A DNA stretch of 64,000 nucleotides. It comes from Planctomycetota bacterium. Lineage in GTDB: Bacteria > Planctomycetota > UBA1135 > UBA2386. Within the stretch, counting starts at the first letter, position 1, and each line of letters opens with the position of its first letter. A program made the translations under genes and the position numbers. Of the stretch, positions 9,137 through 18,671 are shown one piece after another. The notes below the pieces were generated by a model. It had not been told where the DNA came from. It ran no database searches and worked only from the letters and a program-made list of their open reading frames with translations. The stretch is from NCBI GenBank assembly GCA_965228735.1, contig OZ245838.1, positions 4,512,001-4,576,000 of the forward strand, given 5' to 3'.

Positions 9137-10028
9137 TCGACGACTGGGCCGTGGGCTCGACTTCTTCCTGTCAGGCCGTGGTGGGGGCGCCAAGGGCGAG
9201 GCCGAGGCCGAGCCACAGTCGCAGGACACGATGATGGTCGAGGTGGCCAAGCTGGCTCCCAACCCGCATCAGCCGCGCGATCCGATCGACCCGACCGAAC
9301 TCGGCGAGCTCGCGGCCTCGATTCAGGAGAACGGCATCCTGCAGCCGATCCTGGTGCGCAAGGCGGGCACGACCTTCGAGATCGTGGCGGGGGAACGACG
9401 CTGGCGCGCGGCCCAGCTCGCGAAGCTGGACAAGGTCCCGGTGCTCGTACGAGAGATCAGCGACCAGGACTCGGCGGTGTTTGCCCTGGTCGAGAACGTC
9501 CAGCGCGAGGACCTCAACGCGATCGAGAAGGCCAAGGCGTTCCAGCAGCTGCAGAAGCAGCTCGAGGCGACCCAGGATCAGGTCGCGAAGAAGGTCGGCC
9601 TGAACCGCTCATCGGTCGCCAACTTCATGCGCTTGCTCGAACTGCCGAGCGAGGTTCAGGATCATGTTTCACGTGGAACACTCTCGATGGGGCATGCGCG
9701 TAGCCTGCTCGGGCTCGTGGATCGGGACCTCATGGTGACCATGGCGGACGAAGCCATCCGGGGCACCTGGTCCGTCCGCGGCCTGGAAGAGCGCGTCCGC
9801 GAGGCTAACGAGGCAACCAAGACCCCCGGCAAGCCCGCTTCCGCGCGTGGCAGCAAGGGGGGCTCGAAGGAGCGTCCGGTCTGGCTCAAGGAGCTCGAGG
9901 AGACCCTGATGGAGAACCTGGCCGCACCGGTCTCGATCAAGTACGGCCGCAAGCGCAGCCAGATCACGTTCGAATGCGGCAGTCGCGAGGAGTTCGAGCG
10001 GCTCTACGAGCGGTTGAAGAACGCCTGA
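9129..10028 (+). CDS. parB: Chromosome partitioning protein ParB/Spo0J
   Basis: N-terminal RRLGRGLD, PNPHQPR, GILQPILVR, CTP-binding GERRWRAA, ENVQREDLNAIE, HTH RSSVANFMRLL, GHAR. Confidence 0.95.
   Translation: MVDRRLGRGLDFFLSGRGGGAKGEAEAEPQSQDTMMVEVAKLAPNPHQPRDPIDPTELGELAASIQENGILQPILVRKAGTTFEIVAGERRWRAAQLAKLDKVPVLVREISDQDSAVFALVENVQREDLNAIEKAKAFQQLQKQLEATQDQVAKKVGLNRSSVANFMRLLELPSEVQDHVSRGTLSMGHARSLLGLVDRDLMVTMADEAIRGTWSVRGLEERVREANEATKTPGKPASARGSKGGSKERPVWLKELEETLMENLAAPVSIKYGRKRSQITFECGSREEFERLYERLKNA
9665..9680. promoter_or_regulatory. parS centromere-like site inside parB
   Basis: TGTTTCACGTGGAACA (reverse complement TGTTCCACGTGAAACA) matches the widespread parS consensus TGTTNCACGTGAAACA. 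Confidence 0.85.
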
Positions 10029-10069
10029 TCGCCAAGGGGGCAGCTCGGCTGCCCAAGTTGCAAAACCAG

Positions 10070-10103
10070 AACTGGCCGGTGGGGGCGTCCCCACCGGCCA
10101 GTT
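10070..10103. terminator. Probable bidirectional terminator hairpin between convergent parB and the cyclophilin-like gene
   Basis: 15-bp perfect stem AACTGGCCGGTGGGG/CCCCACCGGCCAGTT with a GCGT loop, flanked by an A-rich 5' side and a T-rich 3' side. Confidence 0.75.
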
Positions 10104-10136
10104 TCGTGTTCGGCGTGCGCTCCGCGGCGCCAGCCC

Positions 10137-11282
10137 CTACTGCTTGGTCACGCTCTTGATCGTGATGTTCTCGGTCGGCGCGCCCATGCCGCTGGTCTCC
10201 TCCTGCGCGGTCATCGACGCTCTGCAGATCTCCTCGACAACGTCCAGGCCCTCGACCACGTAGCCGAACACCACACGGCGATCGTCCTGGTCGGGGTTGT
10301 CCTCGACGGAGATGTAGATGCGATCCACGGCCGACTTGCCGTCCTCACCGGCCCGCGCCGAGACCGCACCCGGGAAGTGGCTCAGGCCGGTCTCCTCGAA
10401 CGCGATCTGGTGCTCGCTGGCGTCGGTCTTGACCCATTTCGTGCGGTCGGCCTCCTTGGTCGACGCGAAGCCGAAGTGCAACTGCATCGGCCGCTTCGAC
10501 CACGCCGACTCGCCATCGCGCTGGATCTCGTCGACGTTCTGGCCGTCCCAGAAGTTCTCGTCGACCAGCGCCAGGAACTTCTCCTCGTGCTTCGGCGCCT
10601 GCGGCATGAGCGCGATCGTCACGTTGCCGTAGCCCTCGAATTCGATGACGACTTTGGTCGCGTCCGCCGGGATCTCCGGCTTCTGGAAGTGCTCGGGCGT
10701 CGAGTAGTCACGCGCGGCTGCGATCTGCTCCCGCATGCGGGCCACGATGCTGCCAGCGACCGGCTCTTCGTACTCGGGCTTGCGGCGCTGCGCGGGGGTC
10801 GGATCCTCGACCTCCTTCTGCTCGCGGATCTGGATCGGGTGCGACGTCGCCGTGACCAGCGAGTGCTTCGGGTACTGCGTCTCGAGCTCGGTGAGCGCGG
10901 ACTCGGCGCGATCCCAATTGCCGTCGAGCATCGCCTTGCGCGCGACGGTGATCAGCAGGAACGGCTTCTGTTGCGCGTCCGCGGCCGCGAGCCGCGATTC
11001 GAGCTCGGCGAGATCCTGATCGGCCAGCAGATCGGTGAGCGCCGGCGGCAGCCCCGCGTGCTCTTGCGTGTAAATCCCTTCTGTACCGATAGTTACGTTG
11101 AACTGGGTCCAGTACTCGTCGACCGCCTTCTGCTGCTGGTACTTGAAGAAGTAATAGGCCGCAAACACGCCGACGACCACCACGAGCAGCCACTTCAGCG
11201 CGGGCCGGTAGCGTTCGTACAGATACTCGATCTGGTTGGGTGCCTGGGTTCCCTCCATGGGTTGGGGGGTCGTTGCGGTCAT
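10137..11282 (-). CDS. Membrane-anchored protein with helical/TPR-like region and C-terminal divergent cyclophilin-type PPIase domain
   Basis: N-terminal TM (WLLVVVVGVFAAYYFF). Cyclophilin-like GNVTIAL..QAPKH, HFPGAVS, VFGYVVEGLDVVEEI, PTENITIKSVT. Confidence 0.7.
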   Translation of the reverse strand: MTATTPQPMEGTQAPNQIEYLYERYRPALKWLLVVVVGVFAAYYFFKYQQQKAVDEYWTQFNVTIGTEGIYTQEHAGLPPALTDLLADQDLAELESRLAAADAQQKPFLLITVARKAMLDGNWDRAESALTELETQYPKHSLVTATSHPIQIREQKEVEDPTPAQRRKPEYEEPVAGSIVARMREQIAAARDYSTPEHFQKPEIPADATKVVIEFEGYGNVTIALMPQAPKHEEKFLALVDENFWDGQNVDEIQRDGESAWSKRPMQLHFGFASTKEADRTKWVKTDASEHQIAFEETGLSHFPGAVSARAGEDGKSAVDRIYISVEDNPDQDDRRVVFGYVVEGLDVVEEICRASMTAQEETSGMGAPTENITIKSVTKQ

Positions 11283-11430
11283 TGGGTCATACTCCTGCGT
11301 GCAGTGGGGGGAGCGCGTCGGGCGCCCGGCCCCGTTTGGGTTCGGCTACCGGCGGGGTTGGCTGCCAGTGGGTCAGCGCGCCGGTCGGGTAGCGGGTCGG
11401 GGTTCAGCGGTTGGGGTCAGCGGGTCGGGA

Positions 11431-11868
11431 TCAGCGATCCGAGTAGTCCGTCGTGTAGTCGACGACCATCTCGGTCTTGCCATCGCGCCGGGTGAATAAA
11501 TACTCTTGGACGTAATAGCCACGTTCGAACCGCAGCTTGGTGCGGTCGGGGTTGGCCGTGTCTTCCTGCACCAACGTCCAGTTGTGCAGCGGCAGCCGCT
11601 CGCGCACGTAGGCCACGGCGTCCTCCGCCCGCACGGCGCCGGTGTAGACCAGCCTGCCGTTGCGGTAGCTCGCGGCCTCGACGGTGTGGCTCTGGTGCGC
11701 GTTGTCGACGATCTTCAGACCATCCGGCACGACCACGTCCTGGAACTGCACCGACGAGACTCCGTCCTGGCCACGCGGCAGCCCCTGGCAGGCCGCCAGA
11801 ACGGTCAACGCGGCGATCGTCGCGATCGCCAACCGGGTGGGGAACGAAGTCAACATGCGGTGCATCAT
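11431..11868 (-). CDS. Hypothetical lipoprotein
   Basis: Lipobox-like VLAAC after a hydrophobic stretch. GGAGG RBS just upstream of ATG 11868. Confidence 0.7.
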   Translation of the reverse strand: MMHRMLTSFPTRLAIATIAALTVLAACQGLPRGQDGVSSVQFQDVVVPDGLKIVDNAHQSHTVEAASYRNGRLVYTGAVRAEDAVAYVRERLPLHNWTLVQEDTANPDRTKLRFERGYYVQEYLFTRRDGKTEMVVDYTTDYSDR

Positions 11869-12161
11869 GCGCCTCCCGCCGGCTCCGGCGGGCCTCGAAA
11901 GGGGGAAAAAGCTTAGCGACCCCGCAGGCGCGGAGCAACGCCACGCCGACAACTGGCCACTACGCGCCGAGGATACGCGGCGCAAGGCCCGAGTTCGACT
12001 CCGGTCTGCCCACCGGCCGACGGCGCGCGGGCGGCGCACCCGGCCGCTTGCCCGCGGCGCGAACCGATCTACACTCCGGCACCATCCTGTCGGCTCCGCG
12101 CCCTGGATCGCGGCGTCGGCGAGTGCGCGGAGCTCGCGCGCTTCAGCATCCATCTCACCGC

Positions 12162-12800
12162 ATGCGACGCATCGACGACGGCAGCCGCCAGGATTCGGGG
12201 GGGACCTCCGACCCGCACGTCCTCGATCGGCCGACGCTCGTCCTCAACCGCTCGTTCTGCCCGGTGCACGTGACGACGGTCCGACGCGCCCTCTGCCTCG
12301 TGTTCCGCGAATCGGCGCGAATCGTCGATCCTGGCGACTACATGACGTTCTCGTTCGCCGAGTGGGTGATGCAACCGCTGCCGGCCGTTGGCCCGACGAT
12401 CCGCTCGCCCGCGCTCGAGATCGCGCCGCCCGAGGTCGTCGTGCTCGCGCGCTACAACCGCGTGCCGACGCACGACGCGCCGTTCACGCGCCGGAACCTG
12501 TTCTTGCGTGACGACTACACGTGTCAGTATTGCGGCGGCCGATTCCACGCGGACCGACTCAGCGTCGATCACGTCGTGCCGCGATCGCGCGGCGGGCCGA
12601 CCAACTGGGAGAACTGCGTGCTCGCGTGCATCGGCTGCAACGCGCGCAAGGCCGATCGCACGGTGCGCGACGCCGGTCTGCAGCTGCTGCGGCCGCCCGC
12701 CCGGCCGCGCTGGACGCCGTATCTGAACGTGCGGCCCGGTCAGCGCCTCGACTCGTGGGCCCGCTTTGCGGGCCGCCGCGAACGCCGCGCGAGCTCGTAG
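12162..12800 (+). CDS. HNH endonuclease (McrA-like)
   Basis: TLVLNRS, RRNLFLRDDYTCQYCG, SVDHVVPRSRGG, WENCVLACIGCNARK. Start uncertain (12162 chosen). Confidence 0.9.
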   Translation: MRRIDDGSRQDSGGTSDPHVLDRPTLVLNRSFCPVHVTTVRRALCLVFRESARIVDPGDYMTFSFAEWVMQPLPAVGPTIRSPALEIAPPEVVVLARYNRVPTHDAPFTRRNLFLRDDYTCQYCGGRFHADRLSVDHVVPRSRGGPTNWENCVLACIGCNARKADRTVRDAGLQLLRPPARPRWTPYLNVRPGQRLDSWARFAGRRERRASS

Positions 12801-13065
12801 GAGCGGCCGGCGCCGGATTCGGGCATTCCTGACCGCAACGTCTTTTGTGACACCTGCCCCTTTGCGGAACCGCGGCCGGCGGCGGATCATGCCGGACTCC
12901 CCGGCTCGCCGGCTGCCCGCCGGTTGCCGCCGACTCTCCCCGAACCTACCTCTTCCGGGGGGCCGACTTCTTCCGGAGCCGACTTTCCGGGTCCCACGTC
13001 TTCCGGGGCCGAAACCGCCCCGGGCCAGAATCGACAGCCCGCCCGTTCCCCTGCCCGACCCAGCA

Positions 13066-14445
13066 ATGTTCAAGCAGCACGCCGTCACCGTTCTCGTGTC
13101 CTCGCTGATCCTCGCAGCACCCGCGCTCGGCCAGTCCGCGCGCGAACTCAAGCGCGAACTCCGCCAGCGCGAGTCCGCAGCCAAGAAGGAGCAGACCGCC
13201 GAAGCGCTGCTCGCCGTCGCGCAGTGGGCGCGCGAGAAAGGCATGGCCGCCGACGCCAAGCGCCTCTTCACCAACGTGCTCAAGAAGGACCCGGCCAACG
13301 CCGACGCGAACATCGGTCTCGGCAACGCGCAGTGGGAGGGCAAGTGGATGCCCAAGCGCAAGGCCGACGCGCTACGCAAGAAGGCGATGGAGGCGATGTA
13401 CAAGGAGAAGGGCTGGGTCGAGGTCGATGAGATCTGGGTGCCGAAGGACCAGGTCGACGACGCCAAGAACGGCCTCTTCCACCACGACGGCCGGCTCGTG
13501 ACGCGCGCGGAGAAGAAGGCGCTGCTCGAGGGCATGGTCCCGCATCCGGAGACCGGGATGCTGATCCGCAAGGACGATCTCGAGAAGGCCGAAGCGGGCG
13601 AGTTCCCGATCGGCAGCGAGGGTCGGTGGGCGAGCCTCGACAAGGCCAACCAGTACTACGCCGATCCGGCGCATCCGTGGGTCGTCCGTTCGCACCACGG
13701 CACCGTCGTCACGACGCTCGAGCTCGAGAAGATCAACACGCTGAAGCAGAGCGTGGATCGCGCGTTCGAGCGCATCGGTCCGATCTTCGGCGGCACGACG
13801 CTGCCGCCGACGCACCGGCCGACGATCCTCGTCGCGACGACGGAGGACGAGTACAAGGCGTATGGCAACGCGTTCGGCGACGGCAGCAGCGCGGGCTCGG
13901 CGTTCCTCATGACGGACGAAGCCCGGCTCGAGGTGCCGTTCCAGGGCAGCGTGCGCGGCGGCGTCTGCACGGGGCAGCAGCCCGGGATGCTGCCGTATTA
14001 CGCGCGGCATGCCGCGGGGCTCGCGTTCGTGCACGGCAAGGCCCAGGCTGCGGGCGGCGCCGAGATCCCGAGCTGGTTCGCGCACGGCATCGGCGCGCTG
14101 TCGGGCTTCTACGAGAACGACCGCGACGGCACGCACTTCCTGCGCACGATGGTCGTGAAGCGCGGCGGGCTGAAGGACGTCGGCACGTTCCTCAACGACT
14201 TCACGATCAACGGCGACATGGAGGCCAACGCGATCACCTACAACTGGACCGTCGCCGGTCTGCTGATGCACTTCGCGACCCTCGGCGGCGACCAGGCGAC
14301 GACCGACGCCATGGTCGAGGTGACCAAGGCGTTCACGAACGGCGCGGGCGTCGAAGGCGCGATCGCTGGCCTGCAGAGCGCGCTCGAAGCCGCCAACGAC
14401 AAGGTCAAGGCGCACATGCAGAAGCTGCTGACCGAGAACCGCTGA
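13066..14445 (+). CDS. Hypothetical secreted protein with degenerate gluzincin-like C-terminal region
   Basis: Signal peptide MFKQHAVTVLVSSLILAAPALG. Strong codon bias. EIPSWFAHGIG resembles the PxWxxEGxA motif. Confidence 0.75.
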   Translation: MFKQHAVTVLVSSLILAAPALGQSARELKRELRQRESAAKKEQTAEALLAVAQWAREKGMAADAKRLFTNVLKKDPANADANIGLGNAQWEGKWMPKRKADALRKKAMEAMYKEKGWVEVDEIWVPKDQVDDAKNGLFHHDGRLVTRAEKKALLEGMVPHPETGMLIRKDDLEKAEAGEFPIGSEGRWASLDKANQYYADPAHPWVVRSHHGTVVTTLELEKINTLKQSVDRAFERIGPIFGGTTLPPTHRPTILVATTEDEYKAYGNAFGDGSSAGSAFLMTDEARLEVPFQGSVRGGVCTGQQPGMLPYYARHAAGLAFVHGKAQAAGGAEIPSWFAHGIGALSGFYENDRDGTHFLRTMVVKRGGLKDVGTFLNDFTINGDMEANAITYNWTVAGLLMHFATLGGDQATTDAMVEVTKAFTNGAGVEGAIAGLQSALEAANDKVKAHMQKLLTENR

Positions 14446-14455
14446 GGCAGCGGAA

Positions 14456-15586
14456 TCAGGCCGTGAGCAGCTGTTCGCTGACGTGGTCGGCGAGCAGCAG
14501 ACCCTCGGATGTGAGACGCAGCACCTCGCCGTCGTAGTCGACGAGGCCGGCGTCGCGCTGCCTCGCGACCACGGCGTCGAACCACTCACGCACGGGCAGA
14601 TCGAGGCGCGCCTCGACGGCCGGCAGATCGACGCCGGCCGCCCGCCGGATGCCGAGCCAGAGCGCTTCGGCGGCGCGCTGGCGCGGCGTCAACGTCTCGG
14701 CCGTCGCCGCCGCGGGGCGCCCCGCGAGCACGGCGTCCGCCCAGGCGTCGACGGGCTTGAGGTTGGTCCAGCGCACCCCGCTGCTGTGGCTCGCGGCTCC
14801 GGGCCCGACGCCGACGTAGTCGCCCTGGCGCCAGTAGTGATCGTTGTGCCGGCACGGGCCGCCGCGACCGGCGAAGTTGCTGACCTCGTAGGCCTCGTAG
14901 CCGGCCCGACCGAGCCGTTCGCGCGTGTGCAGGAACATCGCCCGATCGACCTCCTCGTCGTTCGGCCGCACCTTGCCATGCTGCATGGCGTGCGTCAGGC
15001 GGGTGCCGGGTTCGAACGTGAGGTTGTAGCAGGACAGATGGTCGGGCGAGAGCGCGAGCGCGCGGTCGAGGTCGCTGGCCCATTCCGCGGCGGTCTCGCC
15101 CGGGATGCCGAACATGAGGTCGAGGCTGACGTTCTCGTAGCCGGCCTCGCGCAGCGCCGCGACCGCCGCCTCCGCGCCGGCCGCCGAGTGGGCGCGATCG
15201 AGGAACTCGAGGTGGCGGGCATGGAACGACTGCACGCCGACGCTGGCCCGGGCGACGCCGAGCTCGCGAGCGATCGCGGCCTTCTCGAGGGTGATGCTCT
15301 CCGGATTGGCTTCGAACGTGACTTCGGGGCAGTCCCGCAGGGCGACCCGGGCGTCGACGATCTCGAGCAGTCGCCGGAACCGCTCCGGGCTCAGCAGGCT
15401 CGGCGTGCCGCCGCCGAAGAACACCGAAGTCGGGCGGATGGCCGCGGGCCAGCTCGCCCCCAGCTCGCGTTCGAGGGCCAGGAGAAACCGGTCGTGCACG
15501 CCCTCGTCCTCGACGACGTAGGAGTTGAAGTCGCAATACCCGCACTTGACGACGCAAAACGGGACGTGGACGTACAACGAGGTCAT
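14456..15586 (-). CDS. hemW: Radical SAM heme chaperone HemW (HemN-like)
   Basis: LYVHVPFCVVKCGYCDFNS (CxxxCxxC), FGGGTPS, EANPES, SVGVQSF, YEVSNFA, HNDHYW (HNxxYW, HemW-type). Confidence 0.88.
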   Translation of the reverse strand: MTSLYVHVPFCVVKCGYCDFNSYVVEDEGVHDRFLLALERELGASWPAAIRPTSVFFGGGTPSLLSPERFRRLLEIVDARVALRDCPEVTFEANPESITLEKAAIARELGVARASVGVQSFHARHLEFLDRAHSAAGAEAAVAALREAGYENVSLDLMFGIPGETAAEWASDLDRALALSPDHLSCYNLTFEPGTRLTHAMQHGKVRPNDEEVDRAMFLHTRERLGRAGYEAYEVSNFAGRGGPCRHNDHYWRQGDYVGVGPGAASHSSGVRWTNLKPVDAWADAVLAGRPAAATAETLTPRQRAAEALWLGIRRAAGVDLPAVEARLDLPVREWFDAVVARQRDAGLVDYDGEVLRLTSEGLLLADHVSEQLLTA

Positions 15587-15729
15587 GGGCGCGGTCGGAG
15601 CGGCGGTTGGTGCCATCCGACAGATTCCACAGCCGCCCGTCCACAGTGTGGTTCCGGCGGCCCGTGGGGCCGGCCACCATCCGTCCGAGAGCTGTTCGAG
15701 AGCCCTCCAGTTCGCCTAACCAGATTCGT

Positions 15730-17598
15730 ATGACTCATCCTAAGTGCCTTGCCCTGGCCACGATCGCGCTGCTCAGCGCGCCGGCCTTCGCCCAGAACTC
15801 CGTCCTGCCATACCTGCCTCGCAACACGCTGATGGCGATCTCGGCCCCGGACCTCGCGACCACGATGACCGAGTTCCAGAGGACGCCGCTCGCCAAGATG
15901 TGGCACGAGGACGAGGTCCAGACCTTCTTCGGCGACGCGCTCGAGTACGCGAAGGAGATGATGGACCAGCAGATGGGGCAGGCCCGTCAGGCGCACGAGA
16001 ACGGTCAGTTCCCGGTCAACCCGGACGACCTGATGAAGCTGCGCGTCGGTGGCGTCACGTTCGCCCTGACCCAGCTCGACCTCGGCATGGGTGAGTTCGG
16101 CCCGATGCCGACCGTCGGCATCGCGCTGCACCTCGACTTCGGCGACTCCGCGGCGACGTGGAACAAGCTGATCCAGATGGGCATGGGCATGCTCGAAGCC
16201 CAGGCCGGCGACGAGATGCTCAAGACCGAGAGCACCGTCGGTGAGGTCAAGATCGTCTCGATGATGCCGAACGAGGCCGGCGCGCCCGACATGGGCCTCA
16301 ACGTCGCGTTCGTGCCGAACGGCGTGCTGATCTGCACGCTGCCCGACGAGTGCAAGTCGATCGTCGAGTCGTGGACCCAGCAGAAGCCGGTCATCGGCGC
16401 GACCGAGGTCTACCAGGCGCTCAACCAGCGGGTCGGTGCCGATGGCGCCGAGATCAAGAGCTTCGTCCGGTTCGACCCGATGATGCAGTTCGGCCTCAAC
16501 GTCCTCGGCATGGCGACCGAGATGGAGCCGGATCTCGCCATGATCGACATGGACGGCGTCGAGCGCGCCCTGCTCGCCATGGGTATGCGCAACCTCGGCG
16601 TCTACGCCGAAGCCGGCCGCTACCTGGACAGCGGCATGACGCAGTACACGTCGGTGCACATGCCGAGTGCGGCGCCGCAGACGGGCGCGCAGAGCAGCAT
16701 CGACATGGGCTTCCTCAAGTGGGTGCCGAAGGACGCGGTGTCGTTCAGCGCCATGACGTGGGACGTCGCGGCGGTCTACGACACGCTGCAGAAGGGCCTC
16801 GAGGCCTACGATCCGGAGTTCGCGCGCCAGATGCTCGGTCAGCTCGGCAAGATCGAGGAGCAGCTCGGCTTCAAGATCCGCGACGACCTGTTCGGCGCGT
16901 TCGGCGATCACGTCATCAACTGGTCGATGCCGGTCAGCACGATCGCGTCGATGCCGGAGTCGGCGATGCTGCTCAAGGTCAACGACGAAGAGAAGCTCGT
17001 GAAGGTGCTGCGCAACGTCAGCAAGCTCAGCAACGGCATGGTCGAGTTCGAAGAGGGCGAGCGCCGCGGCATCCAGGTCTACTCGATCCGCGTCAACGCC
17101 GACCCGACGAACGGCATGGGCATGAACCCGTTCGACATGTTCACGCCGACCTTCTCGTTCAAGAAGGGCTACATGGTCGCCGGCTTCTCGGTTGGCGACA
17201 TCAAGCGCGTGTTCAAGCGCATGGACCGCGAGGACGAGCCGAAGGGCGACATCCGCAGCAACAAGGAGTTCGCCAAGGTCGCGCAGCAGATCCCGGCCGG
17301 CGCGACGAGCGTGTCGTTCACCGACTGGCGGACGCAGTTCGAGAGCTTCTACCAGCTCGGCACGGGCATGCTCGCGCTCGTCCCGATCGGCGAGGAAGTC
17401 CCGATCGACATGTCGCTGCTGCCCGACTCGGGCACGCTGACGCGCCACCTGTCGCCGACGGTCAGCTTCTCGCGTTCGACCGAGAACGGCACGGAGACCG
17501 TCACGACGAGCCCGTGGGGCCCGGAGATGGCGCTCGGCCTGATGGCCGTCGGCGCGGCCGCGGCCGCGGCCATCCCGCAAGTCATGCGGATGCGCTGA
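15730..17598 (+). CDS. Hypothetical secreted protein (DUF3352-like architecture suspected)
   Basis: Signal peptide ending AFA-Q. Internal two-fold similarity (LPYLPRNTLMAIS / LKWVPKDAVSFSA). C-terminal hydrophobic tail. Strong codon bias. Confidence 0.7.
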   Translation: MTHPKCLALATIALLSAPAFAQNSVLPYLPRNTLMAISAPDLATTMTEFQRTPLAKMWHEDEVQTFFGDALEYAKEMMDQQMGQARQAHENGQFPVNPDDLMKLRVGGVTFALTQLDLGMGEFGPMPTVGIALHLDFGDSAATWNKLIQMGMGMLEAQAGDEMLKTESTVGEVKIVSMMPNEAGAPDMGLNVAFVPNGVLICTLPDECKSIVESWTQQKPVIGATEVYQALNQRVGADGAEIKSFVRFDPMMQFGLNVLGMATEMEPDLAMIDMDGVERALLAMGMRNLGVYAEAGRYLDSGMTQYTSVHMPSAAPQTGAQSSIDMGFLKWVPKDAVSFSAMTWDVAAVYDTLQKGLEAYDPEFARQMLGQLGKIEEQLGFKIRDDLFGAFGDHVINWSMPVSTIASMPESAMLLKVNDEEKLVKVLRNVSKLSNGMVEFEEGERRGIQVYSIRVNADPTNGMGMNPFDMFTPTFSFKKGYMVAGFSVGDIKRVFKRMDREDEPKGDIRSNKEFAKVAQQIPAGATSVSFTDWRTQFESFYQLGTGMLALVPIGEEVPIDMSLLPDSGTLTRHLSPTVSFSRSTENGTETVTTSPWGPEMALGLMAVGAAAAAAIPQVMRMR

Positions 17599-17670
17599 GC
17601 CCGCGTCGCGCGGGTCCGCCGCCGGCCGGCGAGCCGGGCCCGCGCCAGCAGCAATCGGGCCGCCGCTCGA

Positions 17671-18525
17671 CTACTTGCGGCCCGCGACGCGCTTCTTGCG
17701 CGCCGCGCGGCGCTCCTCGCCGAACTCGCGGGACATCACCGCGCCGAGCTTGTCGAGCGCCTGCTGCTCCATCTGGCGCACGCGCTCGCGCGTCAGGCCG
17801 AAGCGCTTGCCGATGGCCTTGAGCGTCATCGGATCGGCGTTGTCGATCCCGAACCGCAGCTTGAGGATCTTCGCCTCGCGCGGCTCGAGCCGGTCGAGCA
17901 GCTCGCGCATGCGTTCGATCTCCATCGCCGCGAGGATCTGTTCCTCCGGCGGCTGCGAGCGCACGTCCTCGAGCGAGTCGGACACCGATGAGCTGTCCTC
18001 GCTCATCGAGTGCGTCGGCTGCGAGTTCGCGAGCACCGTCTCGCGCACGACGTTCCAGTTGCTCTCCGGCAGCTCGAGCTCTTCGGCGACCTCCGCCGTC
18101 GTCGCGTGCCGACCGAGCCGGTAGTTGAGTTCCATCGCCGTCGCCTTCCACTTGGAGACGATCTCGGACATGTAGGACGGCACGCGCACCGTCTTGACCG
18201 TGTTGACGAGCGAGCGGCGGATGCCCTGCTTGATCCACCACGTCGCGTAGGTCGAGAACCGGCAGCCGGCCGCGGGGTCGAACTTCTCGACCGCCTTCAT
18301 CAGGCCGATGTTGCCCTCCTCGATCAGGTCCATGAACGAGAGGCCGCGGTTGACGTAGTTCTTCGCGATCGAGACGACGAGCCGCAGGTTGGCGCGGATC
18401 ATGTGCTCGCGCGCCGCCATGTCGCCCTGCTGGATGCGCTCGCTGAGTTCGATCTCCTCAGCCGCGGTCAGCAGCGGCACTTCGTTGATGTCGGCCAGAT
18501 ACGTGTCGAGCCCGTGGTCCCTCAT
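17671..18525 (-). CDS. RNA polymerase sigma70-family factor lacking region 1.1 (RpoS/group-2-like)
   Basis: [16 protein letters not shown] (1.2), [41 protein letters not shown], region 4 [16 protein letters not shown]. Confidence 0.92.
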   Translation of the reverse strand: MRDHGLDTYLADINEVPLLTAAEEIELSERIQQGDMAAREHMIRANLRLVVSIAKNYVNRGLSFMDLIEEGNIGLMKAVEKFDPAAGCRFSTYATWWIKQGIRRSLVNTVKTVRVPSYMSEIVSKWKATAMELNYRLGRHATTAEVAEELELPESNWNVVRETVLANSQPTHSMSEDSSSVSDSLEDVRSQPPEEQILAAMEIERMRELLDRLEPREAKILKLRFGIDNADPMTLKAIGKRFGLTRERVRQMEQQALDKLGAVMSREFGEERRAARKKRVAGRK

Positions 18526-18671
18526 GGTCGTCCTTCCCGCGTGTGTGGTGTGACATGCGGGTTATCGACCGAGGTGACGGACTCCTGGCCAGTCGAACCT
18601 TTGGGTCGTATCGATCCGGGACGGCGGTGTCCGCGTCCCGGCGGTGCCATGGAGGCCGACCGTGGCCCGGA

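Noticed and set aside
11985..12015. GTTCGACTCC...CCCACC resembling a tRNA T-loop and 3' end
   Set aside because: The 5-bp T-stem does not pair, and no D-arm, anticodon arm or acceptor stem can be built.
15623..15655. CCACA/TGTGG words between hemW and the divergent gene as DnaA boxes
   Set aside because: Each has two or more mismatches to TTWTNCACA, so they cannot be distinguished from chance.
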